From: a virus
Length of the DNA: 64,000 bases
Direction: 5' to 3' (one strand)
IMG/VR virus record: IMGVR_UViG_3300043446_005775
Coordinates: 1 to 64,000 of that record
Made by a program: the position numbers and the translations under genes. The notes under the pieces are model-generated. The model was not told the origin of the DNA. It saw only the letters and a program-made list of their open reading frames with translations, and ran no database searches. Shown in pieces: positions 18,201 through 26,392 of the stretch. Within the stretch, counting starts at the first letter, position 1. Each line of letters begins with the position of its first letter.

Positions 18201-21200
18201 AAAAGAGGGCAGTGTTCGTCTTGCGTCCTGACACAATTGTCAACCATGAAGCAGCCATGGCGGAAGGAAGAATGAGCGGAAATGTGCAGCTTACGTCATC
18301 TTCGATCAGGAATGTCTTTTTCCTTGATACCGATGATCCAAAAAAGCAGCTTGAAAAATACATCAGCAAAGCGCCAATAGACATACCTCCTGTGAGCAAA
18401 GCGCAATCCGCCGTGGAAGACATTCTGAATGTGGCGCAAATGAGCAGGCCGCAAGGCATGACCGACGAGGAATTTCTCGGCACATTGTCAAATGTCTTGG
18501 TGGCGAAGAATGCAAGGATGATTGCCACTACGCGTCATTGGCTATCAGGAATCAAAGCGCAAAGGAATCCTGACGGAAGCCCTGTTTCGGTATTGATTGA
18601 TTCTCCAGATACCGACGATGCAAGCTTGCGAAATCTGCTTCTTGCAAAGGAAATGGGAGTTCACACAGTCGTTGTTCCCAGTCAAGCCATCTATTCGAGA
18701 ACAAGGATGCCGGATGAATACGAAATCACAGAAGAAGGCCCTGTGCTGAAGAAATTGAATTCACTCGATGACTGGGCTCCTCTCAAAAACAACGACAGGC
18801 TTTCTGGAACAAGCCTCATAGAACTGACATTTCGCGCAGACAACACGTCATCGGATCCGTATAGATTGGCTTTTGAGACGCCGGAGCTGGCGTTTGCGGC
18901 GACGAGGTTTTCAACAAGGGCTGACAGGGAGGCGCTTGCCGGACTATCCAATGATGACAGGCACTACAGGCAGAAATTAGCCAAGATACGAAAGGCAGAG
19001 CGAGAAAACAAGCTTTCCGCCATTCGTCCCGAGCAAGCAATCAAGGAAATGTATGAAATCCTGAGGCAAAAATTCAACTCGGAAACCTACAGGACCATAT
19101 TGATGCATACTGGAACCGCAGATATTGTGCACGGAAGCGATGGGGAAGATTTCTGGGGAGTTCCAAATTTCATGTCTTTATCAAAAACATCATTGATCAA
19201 GACTGGCATTGGGAACAACATGCTTGGAAAACTCCTGATGCATATCCGTTCTTTCATTAGTGCCTATCCTTCGAGCCGCCTTCCCAAGACTCTTTCTGAT
19301 GATTCCTGCCAAAGAATGCTGGATGGCGGAAGAAAACGAGACGAAACGATGGCGTGGCATGAGGCGCTTGGCCTCATGGGGCTTTCAGACAGGGACATCA
19401 CCCTTGCTCCAACCGTGCAAAGAGCCGTGGAGCCATTGAAGACCAAGGAGTTGCGCATAGGAATCACCGGCTCACGGGATCTCGATGGCTTGCTTACCGA
19501 AGACATGGTCAGGCATGCCCTTGAGCGGTCCATCAAGATCGCTCGCCCCGGCCCGAAGACCATTTCACCGCAGGCCGGGGCAGATCCCGCAAAGAAGCGC
19601 TCTGCGTGGGAAATGGCACATGGCATTGACATAGCGAATCCGGGACAAGCCAGTGATGCATTGTACACGGCTCATTCCATCGTTCATGGCGGAGCTGCTG
19701 GAGTCGATTCCGTTGCTGCTGCATATTTTCGCGATCATAATTTTACGAATGTCACAGCAATTCCCTATGAAGAACTCTCGACAAAGGAGGATAATTTTCA
19801 CAGGAAAGATCGCACTGCAGGACACAGGAGAAACACCAAGATCGTTGCAGATTGTGATGTATTGGTTGCAATCTGGGATGGGAAAAGTGCTGGCACATTA
19901 GACGCAATCATGAAAGGCATACGAATGCAAAAACGCATGCTGATCTGGACGCCGGATGGCAAAGGCGGGTTGGCCCTTCAGAAAATAAATCCGGCCGAAA
20001 AAGGAACCATAACATTGTCAACGCCCTTTTCCCCTGTTGTCAAGGAAGGTTCCGCAATACATGATTATCATCATGCTGGAGCAAATGTTGCCAGCTCGGA
20101 AGCACGTGCGTTTGCAGAAAAACTTAGAACCGCATCGCTTGTCTTGGGCCTGCATCATTCTTCCCGGTACGCTCAAGGATTGTATAGGGATTCAAGGACG
20201 ATTGGCGCACAAAAACCGATCATCGTTCTTGGCGGAGGCCAATCGCATCTGTCGGAAGGTTCTGCGGACGACCAGAAACGTGCAGACAGTGAGCTCCTCG
20301 GGTTCTTCCCTGCAGACCAGAAGTTGACGGAAGGACTCATTTACAAGGGTCGCCTCAATGGGGAATGGAATAATTATCATCATGTTTCTGATCCGGACAG
20401 TTATGCCGCTCTTGGATATCAATCAACAAGGAATGCAGACTCATTTGCAGCAAGCAATACTGCTGCGTCAAGGGCATTGCAGGAAGTGATTAACGCCAGA
20501 ACACGTTCCGGATATTCAAATCTCACAAGATCCCAGTTGGCAGCAGGCTTGGGCGCACTCTTGGGGCTTGGTAGCGCAACAGCGTCGCAAGAGGATGTTA
20601 AATCGCATAGAATTAGCGATATCGACACGCAGATACTTGAGACAAGGCTTAATCCGCTTCTTGACGACGCCGAAAAACTGGAGAAGGTCAGAAGCCTTGA
20701 GGAAGAAAAGCAGAAAATTATCAATGAAGTGCCATCTCGGACGGTAGCATTGGCAAAAAGCGAGGATGGTCAGCGCGGATTGCAAGCCATGGGACATGGC
20801 GCACATCGATCCATTCCTTATGCGGAAGAGGTCGCGCCATCGAATCATCAGTATGCCGAAACCGCAGTCGTCTCAAGCGAAGCAATCCCGCACATATATG
20901 CATCAATAAGTATTTCCATGGCTCCCAGCAAGAAGAAAACAAACGTTATCGATTCAACCATTCATGTGATGCTTTATCACAGGGATGGACAAGATGATCC
21001 CATACCAGTGCAAAGCATGGTATACCACATTCCTGATTCTCCACTTGTAACCACGCTTGCGCAACCATCGGACGAGAGCGCCCATACCCGGGGAACAAAA
21101 TCCGGAAGGTGGCTGGATGGATATGGCAACTACCGGCGGATCATTCGCATGCTTTCCGGAGATTTGGCAAAGGATTTGCTGGCCAGATATCATGCTGGAT

Positions 21201-24200
21201 CAATTCACCAGGAAGTGAGGGCAATCACGAGAACCCGGGATGTTGCCAACAACATTCCGGGAAGAGGTGTCGGCATTCCATTGCAAATTGCGCCGCAATC
21301 GGATGCGTTAACGAGTCTGCAAAGGCAAACATCGGCCACACCATCCGTGCATGCGTTTGATCCGGATTCAGTAGACTTGAAAAGAGTGAGCAATGGAGAT
21401 CAATTATCAAAAGATGCGGTTGACAGAGGGAGGCCCAGAATAATAAGCCAGGAGCAGATAAATGCCTATGTCGGGCAATGCAGGGCACGGCGAAGCTGGC
21501 CTCCCGTTTCAGAAGCAAGGATTTCTCAACGGCAACGCGAAGACACGAGAGCAAGCACATTCAATCCCCGGTATCAATTCACCCCCAATGTGAGGAAAGG
21601 GGACAAATTATCTCCATTATTTACCTCGTGGACCGTCCTTGGTGGAGAGACGACAAAATTTGAGGCAAAACGTGTCGCGCAGGACAGTCTTCGTTCAGCG
21701 TACGGACAATCTCAAGCAACACTTGCGGAAAGATCAGCCATTCAAAATGCTGATGGAACATTCAAGGTCAGTGCGAACCCCCAGAAACCGACAACCACTG
21801 CACTTGCACTATTTGGTCCGGCAACACGGATGGTCAGGGGTGCCCCCATTGATCGAGAGACTGGAGGGAACGAGCCTTACAACATCAATATCCTTGCCCT
21901 GCTTGGCGGAAGTCCGTTACATGTGTCCCCAGGAACTGGCCATTCGCCAATAGTTCCCAATGATGCCGTTCATCCCGAATATGCGTATGTCGCCGGAGGG
22001 AACCTTTCATCAGCAATCACCGACTTGTTGAAAATTCCCGAGCAGGGGAAGATCACCCTTGACGGATACTCGGATGCAGCATTATGTGTCGACCTTCAGC
22101 AGTATTTGCAACTTTCCCCAAAAGAGTCCTTGACACGCAAGCAACTGGAGCCTATCGTTGAGGATCTTCTCCGTCGACGCATCGGAGGAAGAAAGGCGCT
22201 GGATCAATTGGATTACGGACGACCAGTTGATAACCTAGCCTTGGTTGCCGGAGTGGGCGCTCCCATGTCAATACCCGCGCAATGGGACCGGTTGCGAGAT
22301 TCATTGTTCTATCTTGGAAAAAGAACGGCATTTTCTGAAGATGCTCCACGCGCAGTGATCGATGAGAATCTTCAGCAAGCAATGAGAAAATCAAGATTGA
22401 AGGTTGCAACAGGCTTGGAATTGCTTGCCTCGCTGGTTGTTGAAAGGGCCAATGGGAAAAGTGCATCACCGTTGGGCGCGGGAAAGACGACGACAATGCA
22501 AGACTACCTGCGTCGTTTCCTTCCTCCGGGCGCCACAACTTTCGACGATGATGCGCTCGCACGAAAAAACCTTGATGAGCATATTCAGGAGACCATGAAA
22601 ATGTTCGTGTTCCTGAGAAGTATCGACTCCGGATCCGATGCTTCTCAGATGCGAATATTCCAGCAAGGCAGCGGAAAAACCGCAGTTGAGCCGCTTGTGA
22701 AAAACCTCAGGAACGCGCTCTCGATCACATCAACGGACAATAGCAGAAAAATCATCTCGCAAATGGGATATCTTGCCTCAGCAATGGATGTCATGAATTC
22801 AATGAACGTGGACTTCAATCACGAGGACAAGATTTCACCAGAATCAACCATAGCAAAGATCTTTTCCCCATCATCGGCAAGCTCATCTGGAAAAACAAAG
22901 CTAATCATTGTTCCCGGATCAGTTTGGCAAGCAAAAACTATTCCAGGAGCAAATTTCTATGATCAAGGCAGGAATGAATTGTCTCCTCCGGAAAGAATGA
23001 ATCTCCTCGCAAACGTGATTGTTTGCTCAAGGAACGAGGAAATAAACAAGATCTTCCTTGGCATTACCGCAGGAACTGACAAGCAAACCCAGGCAGGATC
23101 CTTGAGCGAAATTCTTGACAAAGGCCAGAAAGGCGTTAGCGTCCCTGAAGGAGATGACCATTATGTCTACATAGGATGTCCATTAGGAGAGGATATCGGA
23201 GAAAACGTGTTGCATTTCGATGAAACAAAATCTGCGGAGTACAAGGCAAGCGTAGCGTTGGCCATGGCTCACGCGGCAAACATCAAGGCTGGGCGCAAGG
23301 CTGGCGTGGGCATCAACCTTGCAAGCGACGACGACAGGTTCAGGACCCTCCAGCAAAACAATGTTGATAAATTCAACCGGATTGCCAGCATGGCGCTGAA
23401 TGCCGCAAATGGTACACTTTCCGCAGATCATGCCATACGAGAGCGCCAGGTCCGCGCTCTCGTATGGGCCACACTGTATGTTGATGGGGTGCATGACGAA
23501 AAACGCAAGCGGCAGACCGCGGAACCTGACAGCCCCGTGCTGGTATACGCTCCTGAAGAATCCCTGATCGGCCGCTATGTCGGAGAAGACGGGAACGGTA
23601 TCATCACTCCTGTCGAGCGCACCAACTGGATGGAAAGCCTGTCTGATCTTCGCAATATCGTATTGGGGAACATGGGCATCAAGAGGCCAGCGACAGTCAT
23701 CAGCTTGTCAACCATTGCTCCTCCTGCTCCCGAAGTGGAAGAGACGCCTGCGGGAACAATCGCTGCACCGGCCTCCGTTGGTCAGCGAAGCAGAAAGGAG
23801 GAACTTATCAGGGAGGTTGATGATCTCAAGGCAGAATTGGGAGATCAGGCTCCGAAACCAGTAACATTTGGCGGACGTGCCGGAGACATGGGGGTCGGGG
23901 TCAATTCCCTGCAAGCGGAATTGACGCGAAGACTTGTCGCCGCGCAAGACGAGCTTTCCACGCTTGTGATGGACGGCCTTTCCTCAGAAGGAGAAAAAAA
24001 AGCCGCCGATGCAAAGAGGGAAGAATTCGAAGAGGCGAGGAAAGCATACGAGCAAGCCGCCGAGGCAAGGAGGGAGTCTTCGGCCCCCGAGATGGTAATC
24101 ACTGGTTTCCGGTCTGAATTGTCGAACTGGTCTGTCGAGAATCCGGACATATTCCCAACATTCACGTATGTGAACGACAAGGGGGAACAAAAGCCTTTTA

Positions 24201-25723
24201 TTGTTCCCCACGGTGCTGCACAATTTGAACTTTTTTTCGGTTCCGGAGCATTTAGTGTTTCACCGGAAAACATTGAAACCAGAATGCGTGAAGGAATGGA
24301 ATTTGTGGAGGCTGCAAAAAGACTGATAAGGGAGCATTCTCAATTGCCAAGAGGCAACAACAGCGACGAAAGCAATGAATTTGCCCGGATGCTCGCCAAG
24401 AATTCATTTCGCATTCCAGGAAGCAGCACACAGCAATTCGTTAATTACCAGACCTATCTGGAGGCGATTGCGGGTTGGCAATCTGCAGCAAAAGCGGACA
24501 CAGTGGAAAACCGACGATCATACATGAGGATGATCCGGGATCTTGCCATAATCGAAGAACAATCCGCGCAACAGAAAATGATCGCTGCATATGGAGATCA
24601 TTCAGAGCCAGCAATAACGAGAGCCTTGGAAGATCGTCAGAAATACATTGATGCTGCATCAGCGCTGAATGCCGTCATTGATTCCATGAGCGCCTCGCAA
24701 AAACTCATTTGCAGGCAACCGGAAAAAATTCCATTGGCAGACCAATCATCAGCTGTCCCGGTTGAGCTCATGCAATCAAAGGAGTACGATCATCTCAAGG
24801 ATGTCGCGAAGGAACTCAAGGACAAGATGGGTGGGACAACATTCCGGTTGAATCCGTATGAGTTGAATCTGATCCTCACGCAACATGACCCGGCAAATAC
24901 GATTGGCAACGTCCTGTTGCGAGGTACCCTGTTTTCAAAAGGCGCTCCGTTGATTCATTATTTGCAGTCTGTATCCCTGGAGAGCGATGTACTCTATTCG
25001 CCTCTCGCACAAGCATTCAGGATTTCAAGATACTTCACCGTGAACGATCTGATTACCGTATTGACTGACTTACGAAAGGCCCTAACTGCCGAAAAGAAGA
25101 AAAGCGATCCCGATTCCGAAAGAATTGACAAGCTGACATCACAAATTCACCGGGCGACCGGAATGCTCAACGCCGCAGCACATCCATGTGACGACAATGA
25201 CAAGGAGACACTGTTTGGCGCGTTTGACAGATTCTATGCGGAGGCGTCCAGAGCGTTTGCCCTGCTGCTTGGAAACCGGAGCAGGAAACTTGAAGACATG
25301 GAAAACATATGGAAAAATAGCCAGGGAAATCCGATAGGCACATTGCGTTTCTGGCGTGACCAGTTCATGTTCGTGAACGACAGTGAACGCATTTCCGGCC
25401 AAATAGAGGTTGAAACCAACGGCAACGTTCGTCCAGCTCCTTCATACGAGTGGACACAGGCGAAAGAGTGGGTTCCCCTCAAGAAAACATCCTTTCAGGA
25501 ATGGATACGAAGAATATCCCCTGATATTCAAAGTCAGAACACTACTGATCAGCGCATTCAGGACTTCAACTTGCTCCGAGGAAAATTCCCAGATATTGCA
25601 AAATCACTTTCTTCGATATACAAAATGCCGTATTTCGCAAAGTCCCGGCGATTGCCCAAGGTCCGAAAGAAACGCACAGGTCTCCTCCTTCGTTCTTATG
25701 ATAAAATAACATACAGAGCATGA
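12263..25723 (+). CDS. Giant (4486 aa) polyvalent protein with DprA-type SLOG, NADAR and YspA-type SLOG domains
   Basis: Uninterrupted 13.4 kb ORF with AAGGA upstream; three recognisable domains cluster at 17.4-20 kb and the remainder is unassigned. Confidence 0.9.
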   Translation: MSDNEPVATESGTSYLASDIHALSKTNDTAERSIGVLVDRPVDSSAEPQTDAPPLASSGVAFVPHVTPMQPKGPIGSEQIGGSAETDALVRKSPIGRAIQRAIADGGGAQERPLSEANVAVPGGFKYDVNGQPILVRPSGTGPFTVTLGANSPAVSVADPHGVADVAASHLQNASIQRAAPTIGTAADVAIGQHLQRQDHAAQQMRRRSRNATDDSESGIGFNGRDEFGIKTIDKVRYQRLLDREATSWNTPLDADFDFEFVPGKGADAQKVLLDIVPTRDSSGSYLKKQQQAEASLLRPEREAAELAYARYHEEKGNLGFVGKINAMRNGIIDTSNDSQESVSYATHDRTVYRVFSFEDKGKRKVVIREPIIPGAIGGTPAGEEASVDTASGVLFPADINQDFSTLWQFLDSRDNKRSAKSESILSAYVNRVTEIAKARWEEHIAGKEAIAGRPPIVQAREGLVGITRESGLSGEAHADAALGSEDRRGPDDEVAVARRIATQAGEVAHQANLREIENKVPSTMDDDHLDAIIPELAGSYTPTAPVIETDWQAEAASLSADKIQSAADAVERDLLKSQSAVSSSEMNDTFEDVNIPGLKKRSEFPSLAAYFQAVNKRYRQSKDSVELFNLNIRVYKAFIAQKNSRRIEAFRRSKLSLHPLVEDSARSGTARLPNVSATLMQMASSSSKADNLESIAMAIPAVATAGIIDVLRTQQGSSDFQKEAGAAIAKTLTDSLESALNQRLRDEHLIDRAGFDTAFPQIGLNNSSSVLSGFLNDTLKAAIPQDSLGFNEEFRTRFSDEYENRLRISQAALLSGNKEAIQEAKDSISEFGKKEFVMTKDEEKTLKAMRKKGNSFISDCIAWMEKIGRSGKQFKLPGKDPAIVLSEAAEKGDFVTVLRVLAMNLAPKEYVTLNRDDNARMPIEKPSEQDLAAARERIFRLVHDLLSSDQYADDVRKEVLATENYNLYLHTATGLSELVGIGFSMADRKTKEWHFSPIRYMANADIMKFANERAKVAIENGLRGDYLSNYVRNALAKEFDGDPRIRVPVLPSRRLNSEGKIHVALSVGNEAKSINIESYAMQAIRTVQKGIQDQLERHLKSGKSRETFKGDYSNLGLDEPRAPTGLLPKRLPDDAPEKLRDDWQHAAGLYKKSQRAEYYKSLDAKRRAALDMCIGKNPVIDSGDFDWGNDDHKALLGDWLFSRYPQESLGKLTTRKTQQVPVAAYMQQFLQNPADGELIRKLEAALGNKPVVVDRKTFDPALKAKATPEMLLATNPLWSAFLSANDPEKLINHPFQLSFFHSIFQSGLKKIDGQSLKPVEGRTKSAFDEEVNRIAGWIEGQLGRRAIEAGAADKKIKASETVSFWSQNAVLAEHTAAFLSAGNEELIKEIERQLLQNPGDQKLQDDLNELQIIQEDSEKDPSRKSIRFTRRQRDANNNDLGAVAPDMLADYVQAKSRIMRDYSPVNDLSTHQPIPVGILAGIVKDSLLRSRNPSDFILDLSPAIPRDSQATSLAAIDSVAADVQKEIDQRKSQQELEQSAMGPASLVPVTESSVREIMSESKKKGIIPIGRSSHAYPATLRGNHGKSKEFPVIYTYGFSELVESPSIVHLISDPIAASAGAQYGAISSLGDVQNAIRTVSDSLGSIDGMDSEAPLLTRKQHIDMHVTTWMQKLQTSENFGEIDNIIRELNKVDQNQQLDLSDMYSSDWTKKFSKLLERYCQSNAIAMITPADSAYPPYLLKSPGRRQSGDDDPTPYTPSVLFVKGNPRAFQQVRDNSERVVTCIGVGEGKTHGEDVEHGNAVSQKACEVVTRLSSAFKDKSWTIVTSLTGGTNDAILQTALRWQMPTIIVAPFGFNTSAELGSFGPRFKDAKSRLNDALDKNAVVMTECLPGMGMQRPKNGAGRDSVREHQRLLAELSSATIVISATGTRNWVQTEGQRKGISPEYLAAMIDGSSVSKVLNAKVEDSIPIYVAQQAARQKRAVFVLRPDTIVNHEAAMAEGRMSGNVQLTSSSIRNVFFLDTDDPKKQLEKYISKAPIDIPPVSKAQSAVEDILNVAQMSRPQGMTDEEFLGTLSNVLVAKNARMIATTRHWLSGIKAQRNPDGSPVSVLIDSPDTDDASLRNLLLAKEMGVHTVVVPSQAIYSRTRMPDEYEITEEGPVLKKLNSLDDWAPLKNNDRLSGTSLIELTFRADNTSSDPYRLAFETPELAFAATRFSTRADREALAGLSNDDRHYRQKLAKIRKAERENKLSAIRPEQAIKEMYEILRQKFNSETYRTILMHTGTADIVHGSDGEDFWGVPNFMSLSKTSLIKTGIGNNMLGKLLMHIRSFISAYPSSRLPKTLSDDSCQRMLDGGRKRDETMAWHEALGLMGLSDRDITLAPTVQRAVEPLKTKELRIGITGSRDLDGLLTEDMVRHALERSIKIARPGPKTISPQAGADPAKKRSAWEMAHGIDIANPGQASDALYTAHSIVHGGAAGVDSVAAAYFRDHNFTNVTAIPYEELSTKEDNFHRKDRTAGHRRNTKIVADCDVLVAIWDGKSAGTLDAIMKGIRMQKRMLIWTPDGKGGLALQKINPAEKGTITLSTPFSPVVKEGSAIHDYHHAGANVASSEARAFAEKLRTASLVLGLHHSSRYAQGLYRDSRTIGAQKPIIVLGGGQSHLSEGSADDQKRADSELLGFFPADQKLTEGLIYKGRLNGEWNNYHHVSDPDSYAALGYQSTRNADSFAASNTAASRALQEVINARTRSGYSNLTRSQLAAGLGALLGLGSATASQEDVKSHRISDIDTQILETRLNPLLDDAEKLEKVRSLEEEKQKIINEVPSRTVALAKSEDGQRGLQAMGHGAHRSIPYAEEVAPSNHQYAETAVVSSEAIPHIYASISISMAPSKKKTNVIDSTIHVMLYHRDGQDDPIPVQSMVYHIPDSPLVTTLAQPSDESAHTRGTKSGRWLDGYGNYRRIIRMLSGDLAKDLLARYHAGSIHQEVRAITRTRDVANNIPGRGVGIPLQIAPQSDALTSLQRQTSATPSVHAFDPDSVDLKRVSNGDQLSKDAVDRGRPRIISQEQINAYVGQCRARRSWPPVSEARISQRQREDTRASTFNPRYQFTPNVRKGDKLSPLFTSWTVLGGETTKFEAKRVAQDSLRSAYGQSQATLAERSAIQNADGTFKVSANPQKPTTTALALFGPATRMVRGAPIDRETGGNEPYNINILALLGGSPLHVSPGTGHSPIVPNDAVHPEYAYVAGGNLSSAITDLLKIPEQGKITLDGYSDAALCVDLQQYLQLSPKESLTRKQLEPIVEDLLRRRIGGRKALDQLDYGRPVDNLALVAGVGAPMSIPAQWDRLRDSLFYLGKRTAFSEDAPRAVIDENLQQAMRKSRLKVATGLELLASLVVERANGKSASPLGAGKTTTMQDYLRRFLPPGATTFDDDALARKNLDEHIQETMKMFVFLRSIDSGSDASQMRIFQQGSGKTAVEPLVKNLRNALSITSTDNSRKIISQMGYLASAMDVMNSMNVDFNHEDKISPESTIAKIFSPSSASSSGKTKLIIVPGSVWQAKTIPGANFYDQGRNELSPPERMNLLANVIVCSRNEEINKIFLGITAGTDKQTQAGSLSEILDKGQKGVSVPEGDDHYVYIGCPLGEDIGENVLHFDETKSAEYKASVALAMAHAANIKAGRKAGVGINLASDDDRFRTLQQNNVDKFNRIASMALNAANGTLSADHAIRERQVRALVWATLYVDGVHDEKRKRQTAEPDSPVLVYAPEESLIGRYVGEDGNGIITPVERTNWMESLSDLRNIVLGNMGIKRPATVISLSTIAPPAPEVEETPAGTIAAPASVGQRSRKEELIREVDDLKAELGDQAPKPVTFGGRAGDMGVGVNSLQAELTRRLVAAQDELSTLVMDGLSSEGEKKAADAKREEFEEARKAYEQAAEARRESSAPEMVITGFRSELSNWSVENPDIFPTFTYVNDKGEQKPFIVPHGAAQFELFFGSGAFSVSPENIETRMREGMEFVEAAKRLIREHSQLPRGNNSDESNEFARMLAKNSFRIPGSSTQQFVNYQTYLEAIAGWQSAAKADTVENRRSYMRMIRDLAIIEEQSAQQKMIAAYGDHSEPAITRALEDRQKYIDAASALNAVIDSMSASQKLICRQPEKIPLADQSSAVPVELMQSKEYDHLKDVAKELKDKMGGTTFRLNPYELNLILTQHDPANTIGNVLLRGTLFSKGAPLIHYLQSVSLESDVLYSPLAQAFRISRYFTVNDLITVLTDLRKALTAEKKKSDPDSERIDKLTSQIHRATGMLNAAAHPCDDNDKETLFGAFDRFYAEASRAFALLLGNRSRKLEDMENIWKNSQGNPIGTLRFWRDQFMFVNDSERISGQIEVETNGNVRPAPSYEWTQAKEWVPLKKTSFQEWIRRISPDIQSQNTTDQRIQDFNLLRGKFPDIAKSLSSIYKMPYFAKSRRLPKVRKKRTGLLLRSYDKITYRA
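17432..18330 (+). other. DprA/Smf-type SLOG Rossmannoid domain (divergent)
   Basis: ITPADSAYPPYL..PSVLFVKGN..TCIGVG..WTIVTSLTGGTN..TIIVAPFG..VMTECLPG..RLLAELSSATIVI..AARQKRAVFV..GNVQL follows the DprA motif order (D..YP..L, LF..G, IVSGLA.GID, SE.PPG, RNRII..LS, GR.VF, G.N.L) with several substitutions. Confidence 0.8.
18790..19258 (+). other. NADAR (YbiA-like) domain
   Basis: FETPELAFAATRF..MYEILRQKF..ILMHTG..EDFWG..GNNMLGKLLMHIR matches the NADAR signature (T.EH.FQA.KF, KF, L..TG, D..WG, G.N.LG.LLM..R). Confidence 0.9.
19451..19950 (+). other. YspA/DUF2493-type SLOG domain
   Basis: IGITGSR..IVHGGAAGVDSVA..AGHRRNTKIVADCDVLVAIWDGKSAGT, a canonical SLOG motif set. Confidence 0.92.
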
Positions 25724-25726
25724 CAG

Positions 25727-26392
25727 ATGAGCAACAAGGAATTAGGCAGCAAAGGATATGGTCACTGGATGTTCCTTCCCGGAGGGCAGCTGTCTTATGT
25801 GGGAGGAGCAATGACCGCACTTCACCCTCATTATGAAATCAGGAAGACAAAGCACAAAGTCAAGAAAATAACAAAAGCCAAGATGCATGAACTGGAATCA
25901 AATCATGATCACCAGATGATCATCGTTGGGGACAGCAGCGTTCCTCACAATGATCTTCTCGGATTGACTGAGGCGATCAAGAAAATATTGCGATCAAGCA
26001 TGAATATAAAAAGGGGATCTTCCAGGCATGGAGATGAGCATGACATGGCATTTGGAAGCACATCCATCTTTGCCAACACAAGCAGGGACGCAGACGGCAT
26101 GAATTTCGTCATCATTGATGGAAACGGACACCCGGTCATGGTTACCAGGCGCGAAAGCAATCATCGTGATCCAACAGCTTCGTTGCTTAACGATGTTGCC
26201 GAATATCTTGCGCACGAACACCACAGACTTGCATGGCACATTCATGACAAGGATGACAATGAGATAAACGGCGCACCTGATCACATATTGCCAAACATGT
26301 CTGCGTTGCGTTGCTGGCCAGTGCATGCGTCACAGATGATTTTTCGCTGTCCACCGCTGATCGACACGGATCCCGAGGAAAGCGATGAATAG
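25727..26392 (+). CDS. His-rich hypothetical protein (221 aa)
   Basis: Tightly packed: 3 nt after the previous stop and overlapping the next start. Confidence 0.75.
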   Translation: MSNKELGSKGYGHWMFLPGGQLSYVGGAMTALHPHYEIRKTKHKVKKITKAKMHELESNHDHQMIIVGDSSVPHNDLLGLTEAIKKILRSSMNIKRGSSRHGDEHDMAFGSTSIFANTSRDADGMNFVIIDGNGHPVMVTRRESNHRDPTASLLNDVAEYLAHEHHRLAWHIHDKDDNEINGAPDHILPNMSALRCWPVHASQMIFRCPPLIDTDPEESDE

